A stretch of 64,000 nucleotides of DNA from Rhodoglobus sp. (GCA_044340535.1 JBIITJ010000001.1:58188-122187); one strand, 5' to 3'. Shown: positions 9,580 to 20,499, numbered from the stretch's first letter. The notes: generated by a model from the sequence alone, not told the origin. Numbers and translations: made by a program.

Positions 9580-10434
9580 ATGACTTTCAACGACGACGCG
9601 AGAATCGACCCCAGCCGCGCTCGCCGGCGCCGCAGCACCGGAATCGCCGTGGGTGGCGGCGGCGGTGTGCTGCTGGTCATTGGCCTGTTCATCGTGTCGC
9701 AGCTGACCGGCATCGACCTCAGTGGCCTTGCTGGTGGTGGCGGTTCGACCGAGGATGAAGCGCTCAGCCAATGCACGACAGGGGAGGCCGCCAACGCGAG
9801 TGTCGACTGCCGGATCGCCGCGGCCGCCGACTCCCTCGACACCTACTGGGCCGACACGGTCGAGGGGTACACGTCGACCGACGTCATCCTGTTCACCGGG
9901 CAGGTGGACACGGGATGTGGCGGCGCAACCAGCGCTGTCGGCCCGTTCTACTGCCCGCCCGACGCGCTCATTTACATCGATACCGCGTTCTACGACGACC
10001 TGCGCAGCAGCTACGGTTCCTCCGGTGGGCCGTTGGCGGAGATGTACGTGGTCGCGCACGAATGGGGCCACCACATCCAGAACATCACCGGCGTGATGGA
10101 CAGTGTCGATCGCGAGGGCACCGGGCCTGATTCCGATTCCGTGCGGCTCGAGTTGCAGGCCGACTGCTACGCGGGTGCCTGGGTGGGGGCGGCCGCCGAG
10201 ATCCGCAACGACGACGGGGTCGCCTTCCTTGAACCGGTCACCGCCGAACAGGTGGCGGATGCCCTGAGCGCCGCCTCCGCGGTCGGCGACGACCGCATCC
10301 AGGAGTCCACCTCCGGCCAGGTCACGCCCGAGACCTGGACGCACGGCTCGAGCGAGAAACGCCAACAGTGGTTCCTCGCCGGGCGTGACGGCGGCCCGCA
10401 GGCCTGCGACACCTTCGCGGTGGCTACGCCGTAA
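9580..10434 (+). CDS. YpfJ-type putative neutral zinc metallopeptidase
   Basis: MTFNDDARIDPS N-terminus, one TM and a HEWGHH zinc motif. The start is placed at ATG 9580, because the upstream part of ORF 9403 overlaps the minus-strand small ORF. Confidence 0.75.
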   Translation: MTFNDDARIDPSRARRRRSTGIAVGGGGGVLLVIGLFIVSQLTGIDLSGLAGGGGSTEDEALSQCTTGEAANASVDCRIAAAADSLDTYWADTVEGYTSTDVILFTGQVDTGCGGATSAVGPFYCPPDALIYIDTAFYDDLRSSYGSSGGPLAEMYVVAHEWGHHIQNITGVMDSVDREGTGPDSDSVRLELQADCYAGAWVGAAAEIRNDDGVAFLEPVTAEQVADALSAASAVGDDRIQESTSGQVTPETWTHGSSEKRQQWFLAGRDGGPQACDTFAVATP

Positions 10435-11160
10435 CTACACCACGCCGGTGGTGCCGAGCAGCGTGCCGATCAGGAAGGTGGCGCCGAGGGCTGCCGCGCC
10501 ACCGATAACGACCCGCAGGGTGGGTCGCAACCAGTGGCTGCCGCCGATCCAGGCGCTCGCGGCACCCGTGAGGGCGAGGGCGAGCAGCACGGCGGCGAAG
10601 GTGACGGGCACCCGGGCATCCGCTGGTGGCAGCAGGATCGCGATCATCGGCAGCAGCGCACCGATGAAGAAGGCGAGAGCGGATGCCCCTGCCGCCTGCC
10701 ATGGGCTCACGACGTCCTCCTCGTTGATGCCGAGCTCGGCCTCGAGGTGGGCGGTGAGGGCGTCCCGGGCGGTCAGTTCGGCGGCGACCTGGTGGGCGGT
10801 CTGCTCCGACAGGCCCTTGCGCTGGTAGATGGCCGCGAGCTCGGCGAGTTCTTCCTCTGGCATCTCCGCCAGTTCGCGGCGTTCCTTGGCGATCAGGGCG
10901 TGCTGGGTGTCGCGTTGGCTGCTGACGGAGACGTACTCGCCGAGCGCCATAGAGATTGCTCCTCCGACGAGCCCCGCGACGCCCGCGGTGAGGATGGGCG
11001 CGATTGCGGAGGTGGCACCCGCGACACCGACGACGATCGCCGCCACGGAGACGATGCCGTCGTTGGCACCGAGCACGCCCGCGCGTAGCCAGTTGAGCCG
11101 GCTGGCGAGGCCGCCGCCGTGGGGCTCGTTCGCGTGGGCAATCGGGGTCGAAGGGTTCAT
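10435..11160 (-). CDS. VIT1/CCC1 family iron/manganese transporter
   Basis: LNWLRAGVLGANDGIVSV motif, a central cytosolic helical region and C-terminal TMs. An alternative GTG start lies at 11196. Confidence 0.8.
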   Translation of the reverse strand: MNPSTPIAHANEPHGGGLASRLNWLRAGVLGANDGIVSVAAIVVGVAGATSAIAPILTAGVAGLVGGAISMALGEYVSVSSQRDTQHALIAKERRELAEMPEEELAELAAIYQRKGLSEQTAHQVAAELTARDALTAHLEAELGINEEDVVSPWQAAGASALAFFIGALLPMIAILLPPADARVPVTFAAVLLALALTGAASAWIGGSHWLRPTLRVVIGGAAALGATFLIGTLLGTTGVV

Positions 11161-11211
11161 GACCACAGCCAAGCACTCGCGGTCGCTCGGGGCCACGAAG
11201 GGAAGGCTTCG

Positions 11212-12465
11212 CTAGCTGTCCACCCGCAACCGGATCACCCGGTACAGGCAGCCGAGACCCAGCACGATCAGGCCGACGACGATCGCGGGCAGCGGCAGCG
11301 TTGCCACGAGGGCGAGACAGCCGAGCATCCCGACCACGAACACCGCGCGCGGGAACCGCCGTTGCCCTGGACCCTGGGTGAAGGCGGAGAGACCGGCGAC
11401 GAAGTAGTACAGCAGAACGCCGAACGACGAGAAGCCGATGGCACCGCGCAGGTCGACGGTGAGCACGAGTGCGACGACGACGACGGCGACCGCGACCTCC
11501 GCGCGGTGCGGCACATGGAAACGCGGATGCACCGCCGCAAGCCACCGCGGCAGGTCCGCCTCCCTGGCCATCGCGAGGCTCGTCCGCCCGATGCCCGCGA
11601 TGAGGGCGAGCAGTGCACCGAGGGATGCCAGGGCGGCGCCGACGGTCACGACGGGCGCCGCCCACATCCATCCCGCCGCGATGGCCGCATCCCGCATGGG
11701 CGCGCTCGACGCGGCGAGCCCGTCAACCCCGAGGGCGCCGAGAAGGGCGAGGCCGACCACAAGGTAGACGCCGATCGTGATCGACAGCGCGATCACGATC
11801 GCGCGGGGGATGGTGCGCGCGGGGTCTCGCACCTCCTCGCCCATCGTGGCGATGCGCGCGTAGCCAGCGAAGGCAAAGAACAGCAGCCCGGCAGATTGCA
11901 GCACCCCGTGCGGCCCGGAGGCGATGAGCGCAGGGCCGTCGATGGCGCCAAGGGCGGGCAGGCCCGTAGCCCCTGACCCGGCGACGGCGATCGCGAGAGC
12001 CGCCAGCACGAGCACCACGATTACCCGGGCAAGGCCCGCCGTGCGGGTCACACCCCGATAGTTGACGGCGGCGAGCAGGATGACCGCGGCCAGCGCGACC
12101 GGTTTCTCCCAGCCCGCGGGGGCGGCGTAACTGGCGAAGGTGAGCGCCATCGCGGCGCAACTGGCGATCTTGCCGATGACGAAACTCCAGCCGGCGAGGA
12201 ACCCCCACCACGGCCCGAGTTGCTCACGGCCGTACACGTAGGTTCCGCCGGAAGTGGGGTAGGCAGCGGCCAGTTGGGCCGAGGCGAGCGCGTTGCAGGC
12301 CGCTACGAGTGCGGCAACCGCAAGCCCCACCAGCAGGCCTGCCCCTGCCGCTTGCGCCGCGGGGCTGAACGCCGCGAACACGCCCGCCCCGATCATCGAG
12401 CCGAGCCCGATGAATACTGCATCGGCCGTGCCGAGCCGGCGTTGCAGTGTGGGAGCGGCGGGCAT
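11212..12465 (-). CDS. APC family amino acid permease
   Basis: 417 aa, 12 predicted TMs, APC-type N-terminal GSMIGAGVF motif. Confidence 0.75.
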   Translation of the reverse strand: MPAAPTLQRRLGTADAVFIGLGSMIGAGVFAAFSPAAQAAGAGLLVGLAVAALVAACNALASAQLAAAYPTSGGTYVYGREQLGPWWGFLAGWSFVIGKIASCAAMALTFASYAAPAGWEKPVALAAVILLAAVNYRGVTRTAGLARVIVVLVLAALAIAVAGSGATGLPALGAIDGPALIASGPHGVLQSAGLLFFAFAGYARIATMGEEVRDPARTIPRAIVIALSITIGVYLVVGLALLGALGVDGLAASSAPMRDAAIAAGWMWAAPVVTVGAALASLGALLALIAGIGRTSLAMAREADLPRWLAAVHPRFHVPHRAEVAVAVVVVALVLTVDLRGAIGFSSFGVLLYYFVAGLSAFTQGPGQRRFPRAVFVVGMLGCLALVATLPLPAIVVGLIVLGLGCLYRVIRLRVDS

Positions 12466-12506
12466 GAGCGCAGGATAGCTGGTCGCGGCAAACGGGCGGG
12501 GAACAC

Positions 12507-12520
12507 GGGACTTTAGTCCC
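12507..12520. promoter_or_regulatory. Palindrome GGGACTTTAGTCCC in the divergent APC-permease/usp spacer
   Basis: Perfect 6-bp arms around TT, about 50 nt upstream of the usp ATG. Confidence 0.2.
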
Positions 12521-12569
12521 TACCGCCGGCCCATGCCGGGAGAGAGCCTGAGCCCTGAGAGGTGCACTC

Positions 12570-13397
12570 ATGAAACGGATCATGGTAGGTGTCAGCGGTA
12601 CGCCGGGTTCGCAGCCGGCCCTCGACTGGGCGCTCGATTATGCAGAGAGCATGTCGCTCGAAGTCGAGTTGGTGCATGTCGTCGACGTGGGGTGGCGCTC
12701 GACGCCATTGCCCTTCGCGGAGTCGTTGCTGCTCGAAGCCGAGCGCAAGCTTCGAGAGTTGGCGACGAAACGCAGCACCTCGACCCCGGTGACCATCCAC
12801 GCCGCAGTGCTCGTGGGCGATCCGGTCCACGCGCTGGTCGAGCATGCGGCGGATGCCCGGCTGCTCGTCATCGGCACGAACGGGACCGGCTCACTGCGCG
12901 ACCGGGTGTTCAACACCCGTGCGGCAAGGATCGCCGGGCACGCCGCGGTCTCGGTCGTGGTGGTGCCGCACCGCGAGTCTGCTGGCACGGGGGTTGTGGT
13001 TGGCGTGGACGGGTCAGAGGCCTCAGCAGCCGCAGTCGCCTTCGCGGCCCGCGAGGCCGACAGGCTCGGAGAGCCGCTGCGCGCCGTGCACTCCTGGCAC
13101 ATTCCCGAACCATGGGCCGAAGGGTTCATCGCGACCTGGCCGGGTGAGCCCGACGACAGCGACCGCCTGCTGCTGGCCGAATCGGTCGCGGGTCTCGCGG
13201 AGACGTACCCCGACCTTGTCGTCGCGCAGGAGGTCACGTCGGTCAGGGCATCCTCTGCCCTCTATGACGCCGCCTTCGGGGCGCGGATGCTCGTGGTCGG
13301 CAGCCACGGTCACCGGGGCCTGGAGAAAATCTGGCTCGGGTCAACGAGCGAGGAGCTGCTCCTGGGTATGCCGACGGTTGTTGCGGTCATCCGCTGA
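12570..13397 (+). CDS. Universal stress protein (tandem Usp domains)
   Basis: Two UspA-like halves, each ending in a G-x2-G-x9-G(S/T)-like block (VIGTNGTGSL, VVGSHGHRGLEKIWLGSTS). Confidence 0.8.
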   Translation: MKRIMVGVSGTPGSQPALDWALDYAESMSLEVELVHVVDVGWRSTPLPFAESLLLEAERKLRELATKRSTSTPVTIHAAVLVGDPVHALVEHAADARLLVIGTNGTGSLRDRVFNTRAARIAGHAAVSVVVVPHRESAGTGVVVGVDGSEASAAAVAFAAREADRLGEPLRAVHSWHIPEPWAEGFIATWPGEPDDSDRLLLAESVAGLAETYPDLVVAQEVTSVRASSALYDAAFGARMLVVGSHGHRGLEKIWLGSTSEELLLGMPTVVAVIR

Positions 13398-14477
13398 CCA
13401 CACCTTGATGATCGACCACCCGACGGCGGCGATGGGCACGGCGAGCACGGCGCCGGTGATGCCGCCGAGGATTGTTCCCGCGGTCAACGCCACGAGGATC
13501 ACGAGCGGGTGCAGGCTGAGCGACTGCGCCATGACGACGGGCTGCAGGAAGTTGCCTTCGAGCTGGTTGACGAGCACGACGATGCCTACGACGATCAGCG
13601 CGATGACCCAACCGTTGGTGACGAGGGCGACGAGGGCAGCCAGGATCCCGGCGGCGGTGGCGCCGACGATCGGGATGAACGCGCCGACGAACACGATGAC
13701 GGCCAGCGGCAGGGCCAGGGGCACGCCCAGGATGACCAGACCGATTCCGATCCCGAGCGCATCGACGAGCGCGATGATCGCGGTCCCGCGGACATAGCCG
13801 CCGAGTACCCGCACCGACGTGTCGCCGATCCGCTGCCCGCGGGCACGCCGCGCGGGGGAGAGCGGCGTAAGGAAGAACGCCCAGATGCGGTCGCCGTCCT
13901 TCATGAAGAAGAACAGGGTGACCACGGCAAGGATCGCTCCCGTGATGAGTTCGCCCGCGACAGTCACCCCGGCGAGCGCGCCGGAGCCGAACTGTGCGCT
14001 GGTGAGGAAGTCGGTGACGGCGACACGGGCATCCTCGATCTGCTTCTCATTGATCGGCAACGGTCCGGTGGTGAGGAAGTCCTGCAGCTGGTCGACACCT
14101 TCCGTCGCCGAGGTGGCAAGCTCGTCCCACTGGTCGCGCACGGCGAAGACGATGAGGGTGACAAGCCCGCCGATGACCACGATTCCGCCGAGCAGGGCGA
14201 TCCAGGCGGCAGCGATCGCGGGGAGGCCCCGGGCGCGCATCCATCCGAGCACGGGCGCGGCAGCCGAGGCGATGATGATCGCAATCAGCACCGGGATGAC
14301 AACGAGCTTCAGTTGGATGAGGGCGAAAACGATCGCGGCCGCGAGTGCGACGATCACGAGTGCCTGGGCGCTGCGTAAGGCGAGCTTGCCGATCCGGTCG
14401 GTCAGCAGCCCGGGCAGAGTCGTCGCGGGGTCGGGCGGGGTCGGGGCTGGGGCCGGGCGGGTCTTCCAGAAGATCAT
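13341..14477 (-). CDS. AI-2E family transporter (PerM/YhhT-like)
   Basis: 378 aa, about 8 TMs, typical GLVILGVPLALPLAVIVFVGAFIPIVG block. Its 3' end overlaps the usp 3' end by 57 nt (convergent). Confidence 0.75.
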   Translation of the reverse strand: MIFWKTRPAPAPTPPDPATTLPGLLTDRIGKLALRSAQALVIVALAAAIVFALIQLKLVVIPVLIAIIIASAAAPVLGWMRARGLPAIAAAWIALLGGIVVIGGLVTLIVFAVRDQWDELATSATEGVDQLQDFLTTGPLPINEKQIEDARVAVTDFLTSAQFGSGALAGVTVAGELITGAILAVVTLFFFMKDGDRIWAFFLTPLSPARRARGQRIGDTSVRVLGGYVRGTAIIALVDALGIGIGLVILGVPLALPLAVIVFVGAFIPIVGATAAGILAALVALVTNGWVIALIVVGIVVLVNQLEGNFLQPVVMAQSLSLHPLVILVALTAGTILGGITGAVLAVPIAAVGWSIIKVWSADDRNNRRHTQEQLLAR

Positions 14478-14555
14478 GGCGCTGCTCCTTAGTCCCTATG
14501 AGACTGCCACGACCGGTGAACTTCTCCCAGCCCTTGTGCGGTCCGGGATCTCGCT

Positions 14556-15386
14556 TTAGGCGGGGATGCTCTCTTCATGAGCATCCAGGGCTGCCGTGCT
14601 CGACACCCGCGGAGATCCGGCGACGAACCAGTAAGCGAGCCCCACGAATACGGCCCCGCCGACCAGGTTGCCGAGACCCACCCAGAGCAGGTTGTTGCCG
14701 AAGTCGGCCAGGCTCGCGTGCTCGTACCCGGAAGTGATGCCGATCGCGAAGGTGGTCATGTTGGCGACCACGTGCTCGAACCCGGAGGCGATGAACGCGA
14801 GCAGCGCCCAGAAGATGACAACCAGCTTTGGCCCGTCGCTGGTCAGGCGCGCGCACATCCAGATCGCGAGGCACACGAGCACGTTGCACAGCACCCCGCG
14901 CACGAACAGTTCCAGCGGCGTCTCGTGGGACTTCGCTTCGAGCATCCCGCGCAGCATCTCGCCAGCGGGGGCATTGCTCTCCAGGACCTGGGAGGCTGAC
15001 ACCAGTGAGCCGAAGACGAAGGCCCCCACGAGGTTGGCGAAGAAGGTCAGCAGCAGGGTGCCGGTCGCCGGCAGCACCCGCACGGCCCGCATGAGGGCGC
15101 CCTGGGTGAGAGTCATCATGGATGACGTCGACAGCTCGCCACCCGAAAACACGACCAGGGTCAGGGCAACGCCGAACACGGCTCCGCTGACCAGTTTCAC
15201 GGCGCCCGAACCTTCGGCCTGCAGTGGCCCGGCGGTCGTCACCATGAGTACGACCGCGACGCCGATGAACGCGCCCGCGAGCATCGCGGAAACGATGAAG
15301 CGCACGGGCGTCCGGACGCCCGCCAACTTATGGGCGGCGGCCTCGGCCTGGACCTTCATCGTTTCGGGGAGGGCAAGCATAGTCAC
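14556..15386 (-). CDS. Formate/nitrite transporter family protein
   Basis: 276 aa, 6 TMs, FNT signatures (GGELSTS, FEHVVANM). Confidence 0.8.
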   Translation of the reverse strand: MTMLALPETMKVQAEAAAHKLAGVRTPVRFIVSAMLAGAFIGVAVVLMVTTAGPLQAEGSGAVKLVSGAVFGVALTLVVFSGGELSTSSMMTLTQGALMRAVRVLPATGTLLLTFFANLVGAFVFGSLVSASQVLESNAPAGEMLRGMLEAKSHETPLELFVRGVLCNVLVCLAIWMCARLTSDGPKLVVIFWALLAFIASGFEHVVANMTTFAIGITSGYEHASLADFGNNLLWVGLGNLVGGAVFVGLAYWFVAGSPRVSSTAALDAHEESIPA

Positions 15387-15509
15387 ACGCTAGGTGCGGG
15401 CGACGGATGACCGCAGAGCCGAAGGTCCCGCAGGGGCAAGTGCCACCCCCTTGACGGACCGAGCGGAGCGCATAGCGTGGAAGGACATTCTCAACGAGAG
15501 GAGAGGTCG

Positions 15510-15776
15510 ATGCCTGGAGCACAGAACTCGAGCCTGAAGGATCCTGACCTGTATGAGGAACTCCGGAAGGACGGGGCTAGCAAGCAGAAGGCCGCGCGCA
15601 TCAGCAATGCGGCAGCGAAACGGGGCAGGTCTGCCGTGGGCCGCAAAGGCGGCAAGGCCGGTGATTACGAGGACTGGACGGTGCCGCAGCTCCGCGCCAA
15701 GGCGAAGGAGATCGGAATGACCGGCTATTCCGGCAAACGCAAGGCCGAACTGGTAACGGCCCTGCGAAACGGTTAG
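15510..15776 (+). CDS. Small basic protein with a Rho-N/SAP-like C-terminal domain
   Basis: WTVPQLRAKAKEIGMTGYSGKRKAELVTAL resembles the Rho N-terminal domain. A GAGAGGAGAGG Shine-Dalgarno sequence lies directly upstream of ATG 15510. Confidence 0.65.
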   Translation: MPGAQNSSLKDPDLYEELRKDGASKQKAARISNAAAKRGRSAVGRKGGKAGDYEDWTVPQLRAKAKEIGMTGYSGKRKAELVTALRNG

Positions 15777-15787
15777 CCGAAACGAGG

Positions 15788-16276
15788 ATGGCGCGCGTGG
15801 ATGACGGCAAAGATGTGGCGCACGACGGGCGCGACGAGAGCGCGAACGAGCGGTCAGACCGCAACTGGGGAGAGATCCTCCAGGAACTGCGGGTCACCCA
15901 GACCGGTACCCAGATCATCGGCGGGTTCCTGCTCGCCATTGCCTTCCAGGAGCGGTTCAGCGACCTCGACTCCTTCCAGTTGACGGTCTACGTGACCCTG
16001 GTGCTCCTCGCGGCGGTCACCACTGCCCTGGGGCTCGCGCCCGTGGGTTTGCACCGGGGCCTGTTCCACCAGCGTCAAAAGGTGCGCATGGTGTCGATTG
16101 GCGATGCGCTCCTCGTCGCCGACCTGGTTTTGGTTTCCCTGCTCACGGGCGGCATCGCGTTCTTCATCGTGGATGTCGTCGTCGGGCGACCGACCGCCAT
16201 CGCGGCGGGCTGCGGCATTTACGGATTGTTGTTGGTGCTACTGGTTGCGTTGCCCCGTTATGGGCGCCGCCGGTGA
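15788..16276 (+). CDS. Membrane protein (DUF6328-like)
   Basis: SDRNWGEILQELRVTQTGTQIIGGFLL followed by 4 TMs. The family name is recalled, not verified. Confidence 0.5.
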   Translation: MARVDDGKDVAHDGRDESANERSDRNWGEILQELRVTQTGTQIIGGFLLAIAFQERFSDLDSFQLTVYVTLVLLAAVTTALGLAPVGLHRGLFHQRQKVRMVSIGDALLVADLVLVSLLTGGIAFFIVDVVVGRPTAIAAGCGIYGLLLVLLVALPRYGRRR

Positions 16277-16986
16277 TCCTGTAGCGCCGTGCGCCATGAC
16301 GACCACACCGCGTCCAGCCCCGAGGCGTGCGCGTGCGGCCCGAGAAAGCGGGCCACAGCCCCAGGCTGCTCCAGCACGAGGTCGCCCGGTCCCGCGGGCG
16401 GGCGATAGCCGATCGCGATGACCGAATCCACGACCCGATGGGTGCCCAGCACGCCCGGTCCCGGGAACGCCCCGTCTGCTTCCAGCCGTTCGACGAGCAA
16501 CGGGCCGCCATCCCCGCCGACCGAAACGCGCGAGTCGATCGCACCTCCGATCTCGCCGTGGCGGCCGAGTACGAGCGTCTCCCTGAGGAGCACAGCGGCG
16601 TCGGGGCCGAGCACGAAGTCGGTGTGCCGCCCGGCGAACGCCTCGGCCGTGACGACGAAGGGCAGGCCGCGCCACAGGAGCCGTCCGCCCGCGCCGATCC
16701 GCGCCTGCACCTCCCAGGAGGACGACCCCGGATAGGCGACCGTGCCGCCGATGTCCTCGATCTCGAGAGAACAGCCGTCGCCCACGTCGATCTCGATCCG
16801 CACCGCATCGCCGTCGAGGAGAAGCATCTGCGCCGCCGCGAGGGCCACCGTCGCTGACGTGGCATCGCGGTCGATCAGCCGGGGGGCGAGTGCGCCGGTA
16901 ACGAGTCCGACGCGGACGCGCGCCTCACCGGGGTGGACGGAGATCCGCGACGGTTCAGCGGCGAGCGGGGTCCCGGTCGTGATCAT
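16258..16986 (-). CDS. ureD: Urease accessory protein UreD
   Basis: Last gene of the urease cluster. The start is placed at ATG 16986 (MITTGTPL...). The upstream part of ORF 16258..17262 lies out of frame over ureG. Confidence 0.7.
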   Translation of the reverse strand: MITTGTPLAAEPSRISVHPGEARVRVGLVTGALAPRLIDRDATSATVALAAAQMLLLDGDAVRIEIDVGDGCSLEIEDIGGTVAYPGSSSWEVQARIGAGGRLLWRGLPFVVTAEAFAGRHTDFVLGPDAAVLLRETLVLGRHGEIGGAIDSRVSVGGDGGPLLVERLEADGAFPGPGVLGTHRVVDSVIAIGYRPPAGPGDLVLEQPGAVARFLGPHAHASGLDAVWSSWRTALQDHRRRP

Positions 16987-17758
16987 GGTTGTGCTCGTGG
17001 GCGTGATTGCCGTGGTCGTGCGCGTGCACGTGGCCGCCTTCGGGATGGTCTTCGTCGGCTTCGTCGGCATGGAAGTGCGGCGCCATCGGCCCCGGGTCCT
17101 GCGGCACGTGGGTGCCCGCCCGGTGGGCTGCGAGCATGCCCAGAACCCACGCTCGCAGCGAGGCCACGGAGCCAGCGTCATCCCGTGAGAGCGCGAGGAC
17201 GGCCCGGCCTTCGCGAGCGGCGAGGGCATCGGCAACCATGAGCGGCACGTCCACGCCCACATACGGGGCGAGGTCAGTCTTGTTCACCACGAGGAGATCG
17301 GCACGCCCGATCCCGGGCCCGCCCTTGCGGGCCACGTCGCCGCCTCCGGCCACGTCGAGGACGAAGATCTGCGCATCGACCAGTGCCGGGGAGAAGGTAG
17401 CGGTGAGGTTGTCGCCGCCGGATTCGATGAGCACGACGTCGAGCGGTGCGAAGTCCCGCTCGAGGTCTTCGGCGGCGATCAGGTTGGTGGTGATGTCATC
17501 GCGGATCGCGGTGTGCGGGCAGGCTCCGGTCTCGACCGCGCGGATCCGCTCGGGCTCCAGCACTCCGGCCGAGCGCAGGAATCGGGCGTCTTCGTCGGTG
17601 TAGATGTCGTTCGTGATTACGCCGAGCTGCAGTTCGTTGGCGAGCGCGCGGCAGATCGTCGCGATGAGTGACGACTTGCCGGTCCCGACCGGGCCAGCCA
17701 CCCCGAGCCTGAGCGCGCGGGTGGATGTGTCTGGTGCAGTTGTGGACATTTCAGCCAC
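16955..17758 (-). CDS. ureG: Urease accessory GTPase UreG with a C-terminal His/Asp-rich extension
   Basis: P-loop [12 protein letters not shown] metal motif ([13 protein letters not shown]) and NKTDL. About 50 extra C-terminal residues end in [19 protein letters not shown]. Confidence 0.9.
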   Translation of the reverse strand: MAEMSTTAPDTSTRALRLGVAGPVGTGKSSLIATICRALANELQLGVITNDIYTDEDARFLRSAGVLEPERIRAVETGACPHTAIRDDITTNLIAAEDLERDFAPLDVVLIESGGDNLTATFSPALVDAQIFVLDVAGGGDVARKGGPGIGRADLLVVNKTDLAPYVGVDVPLMVADALAAREGRAVLALSRDDAGSVASLRAWVLGMLAAHRAGTHVPQDPGPMAPHFHADEADEDHPEGGHVHAHDHGNHAHEHNHDHDRDPARR

Positions 17759-18449
17759 GGAAGAGCCTCCTTGGGGTTATGGCGTGCTGTTCGGCCCACG
17801 CCTCGGCCTGGGGGGCACTGAGCGTCGGGATGTCGTCGGGTGACCAGATCCCCGCGATTGAGTCGACGAACGGCTCGATCGAAGCGCAGCTGTCCAGCAC
17901 CAGGGCGACGCCGTCGGCGGGGTCGCGCGGGTCGAGTTTGAGGAGGGCGGCGACACCGCTGGCGAGGTCGTCGTAGACGGTCAGGCGAACGAGCTCCTCG
18001 GCTGCCAGCCCAACCTCTGCGGCGATGACGCCGAGCACCAGGGGGCGCGGCGGGGCGTCGGAGAGCAACTCGATGCCGTCGGCGGCGGGCCAGATGCGTC
18101 GCGCGAGTCGCAGCAGCCCCCGGCCGAGATCGCGCGAGGCCTCGCGCATCGCGCGGCTCGGCGTTCGTGCCGACCAGGCACGCTCCACCACTGCCAGCCC
18201 GTTTCCGTCGCGCCCGGTCCCGTCGAGCACCGAGTGCATCGCCGCGACCGCGGTTCCCGCGTCGACCAGCGCGGTGGTCCGGGCGCGCAGCGCAAGGAAT
18301 CCGGCGACGTCGGTGGGGGACATCCCTCCCAGCAGCGCGGGTTCCAGGCCGGAGGAGTGGGCGTGGCCGCCGCTGGGCAACCGGGCGTCGGCGAGCAGCA
18401 GGGCGACGGTGCTGGCGGCGGCCGGTGTGGTCGGTTCGGTGCGGATCAT
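17751..18449 (-). CDS. ureF: Urease accessory protein UreF
   Basis: 232 aa, located between ureC and ureG, with the [13 protein letters not shown] motif. Confidence 0.8.
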   Translation of the reverse strand: MIRTEPTTPAAASTVALLLADARLPSGGHAHSSGLEPALLGGMSPTDVAGFLALRARTTALVDAGTAVAAMHSVLDGTGRDGNGLAVVERAWSARTPSRAMREASRDLGRGLLRLARRIWPAADGIELLSDAPPRPLVLGVIAAEVGLAAEELVRLTVYDDLASGVAALLKLDPRDPADGVALVLDSCASIEPFVDSIAGIWSPDDIPTLSAPQAEAWAEQHAITPRRLFRG

Positions 18450-18453
18450 CGGC

Positions 18454-20151
18454 TCAGAACAGGTTGTACAGCTGGCTGAGCGGGAGGGATTCGGCGGGCG
18501 CGGGCACCACGATCTCCCCGTCGATGGAGATCTCGAAGGTGTCGGGCCAGATCTTGATCGCCGGCAGCGCGAAATTGTTCTTTAGGTCAGCCTTGCCGAT
18601 GTCGCGCGTCGGCTTCACCGCGCGCAGCTGCCGGCGCAGGCCGAGTTCGCTGGCCAGTCCCGCGTCGATCGCCGCAGGCGAGACGTAGGCGAACGACACA
18701 TCCGCCCCGATCGCGTGGCCGAACGAGGGCCGCATCAGCACCGGTTGCGGGGTGGGGATCGACGCGTTCGGGTCGCCCAGCGCGCCCCAGGCGAGCGCGC
18801 CGCCCTTCATCACGACGTCGGGTCGCACACCGAAGAACTTGGGGCTCCAGATCACGAGGTCGGCGAGCTTGCCCACCTCGACGGAGCCGATGTCGTCGGC
18901 GATACCGTGCGCGATCGCGGGGTTGATGGTGTATTTCGCAACGTACCGGCGCGCTCGCTCGTTGTCGGCGGGCAGCCCCCCGTCGAGTGCTCCGCGCCTC
19001 AGCTTCATCACGTGGGCCACCTGCCACGTGCGGGTGACGACCTCGCCGATTCGGCCCATGGCCTGCGAGTCCGATGAGGTGATTGAGAGCGCACCCATGT
19101 CGTGCAGGATGTCCTCTGCCGCGATGGTGGTCCCGCGGATCCGGGACTCGGCGAAGGCGAGGTCTTCCGGAACCGCCGGGTTCAGGTGGTGGCAGACCAT
19201 GAGCATGTCCAGGTGTTCCGCGACGGTGTTCACCGTGTGCGGCAGGGTCGGGTTGGTGGAGCCCGGGATGATGTGCGGCAGGCTCGCGAGGGTGAGGATG
19301 TCGGGTGCGTGGCCGCCGCCGGCGCCTTCGATGTGGAACGCGTGGATCGAGCGACCAGCGATGGCCCGCACGGTCGAGTCGACAAAACCGGCTTCGTTGA
19401 GCGAGTCGGAGTGCAGTGCCACCTGGAGGCCCCAGTCGTCAGCAGCCCGCAGCGCTGCGTCGATGGCTGCGGGGGTCGATCCCCAGTCTTCGTGCACCTT
19501 GTAGCCGCCGGCTCCCGCAAGCGCCTGCTCTCGCAATGCTTCGGCCGAGACGGTATTGCCTTTGCCCAACAGGAGCACGTTCACGGGGAGGCTGTCGAGG
19601 GAGCGCAGCATCGTCTTCAGGTGCCAGGCTCCTGGCGTGACGGTCGTTGCCTTTGACCCCTCGGAGGGACCGGTCCCGCCGCCGATGACCGTGGTGATCC
19701 CGGTTGCGAGCGCTTCGTGGATTTGCGAGGGCGAGATCAGGTGGACGTGCGAGTCGATCCCGCCGGCCGTGACGATGCGCCCCTCGCCGGAGACGACGTC
19801 GGTAGACGGCCCGATAATCATGTCGATGCCATCGCTGACATCCGGGTTGCCCGCGTGGCCGATGCCGACGATCAGACCGTCGCGGATTCCGATGTCAGCG
19901 CGCACGATGCCCCACCAGTCGACGATGATGGCGTTCGTGATGACGGTGTCGAGCGCGCCGCCTGCCCGCGGTGTCGTGGCCTGCGCCATCGATTCCCGGA
20001 TCGACTTTCCGCCTCCGAAGATGGCCTCCTCCCCGCCGAAAGTGCGATCTTCCTCGATCTCGATCCACAGGTCGGTGTCGCCGAGGCGCACCTGGTCGCC
20101 GGTCGTCGGCCCGTAGATCGCGGCGTAGCGGGAACGGCTGATCCACACCAT
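18454..20151 (-). CDS. ureC: Urease alpha subunit
   Basis: 565 aa with nickel-ligand blocks ([26 protein letters not shown]). Confidence 0.95.
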   Translation of the reverse strand: MVWISRSRYAAIYGPTTGDQVRLGDTDLWIEIEEDRTFGGEEAIFGGGKSIRESMAQATTPRAGGALDTVITNAIIVDWWGIVRADIGIRDGLIVGIGHAGNPDVSDGIDMIIGPSTDVVSGEGRIVTAGGIDSHVHLISPSQIHEALATGITTVIGGGTGPSEGSKATTVTPGAWHLKTMLRSLDSLPVNVLLLGKGNTVSAEALREQALAGAGGYKVHEDWGSTPAAIDAALRAADDWGLQVALHSDSLNEAGFVDSTVRAIAGRSIHAFHIEGAGGGHAPDILTLASLPHIIPGSTNPTLPHTVNTVAEHLDMLMVCHHLNPAVPEDLAFAESRIRGTTIAAEDILHDMGALSITSSDSQAMGRIGEVVTRTWQVAHVMKLRRGALDGGLPADNERARRYVAKYTINPAIAHGIADDIGSVEVGKLADLVIWSPKFFGVRPDVVMKGGALAWGALGDPNASIPTPQPVLMRPSFGHAIGADVSFAYVSPAAIDAGLASELGLRRQLRAVKPTRDIGKADLKNNFALPAIKIWPDTFEISIDGEIVVPAPAESLPLSQLYNLF

Positions 20152-20489
20152 CAGAGCGCACCGTCCTCTTGGGCGCGGATCTGGATGCCCGGCACGATCC
20201 GGGCGCCGCGGATCGTCACCGCGTCGAGTTCGCGTGAGGCGCCCGGCTCGAAGCGCTGGGAGGTACCGGACGGGATGTCGAAGCGAAACCCGTGGGCGGC
20301 GGCGCGGTCGAACTGGAGGGCGTCGTTGGCGTCGGGGAGATGGATGTGCGAGCCGACCTGGATGGGCCGGTCGCCCGTATTGACGAACACCAGCCGGATT
20401 CTCTCCTCCGGGGTGCGATCGGCGTTGAGCTCGACGTCGCCGGGCAGGATGCGGAAGGCGCCGGGACCTGTGCTTGATGCGGTTGCCAA
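20151..20489 (-). CDS. ureB: Urease beta subunit
   Basis: 112 aa with [14 protein letters not shown]. Its stop overlaps the ureC start by 1 nt. Confidence 0.9.
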   Translation of the reverse strand: MATASSTGPGAFRILPGDVELNADRTPEERIRLVFVNTGDRPIQVGSHIHLPDANDALQFDRAAAHGFRFDIPSGTSQRFEPGASRELDAVTIRGARIVPGIQIRAQEDGAL

Positions 20490-20499
20490 GGTGTGCCCT

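Noticed and set aside
10424-11671. 415-aa Arg-rich ORF on the minus strand
   Set aside because: It lies out of frame over the VIT and APC permease genes. The extreme Arg/Pro/Gly composition is typical of off-frame translation.
13341-13397. 57-nt convergent overlap of usp and the AI-2E transporter; similar 17-19-nt overlaps at 16258-16276 and 53252-53268
   Set aside because: Both partners have solid family signatures up to their stops. Such 3'-3' overlaps occur in compact GC-rich genomes, and I see no evidence for a functional antisense mechanism.
16987-17262. N-terminal 92 codons of ORF 16258..17262 (extended UreD)
   Set aside because: They lie entirely within ureG in another frame and are Thr/Pro/Arg-rich. 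ATG 16986 gives a normal-length UreD.
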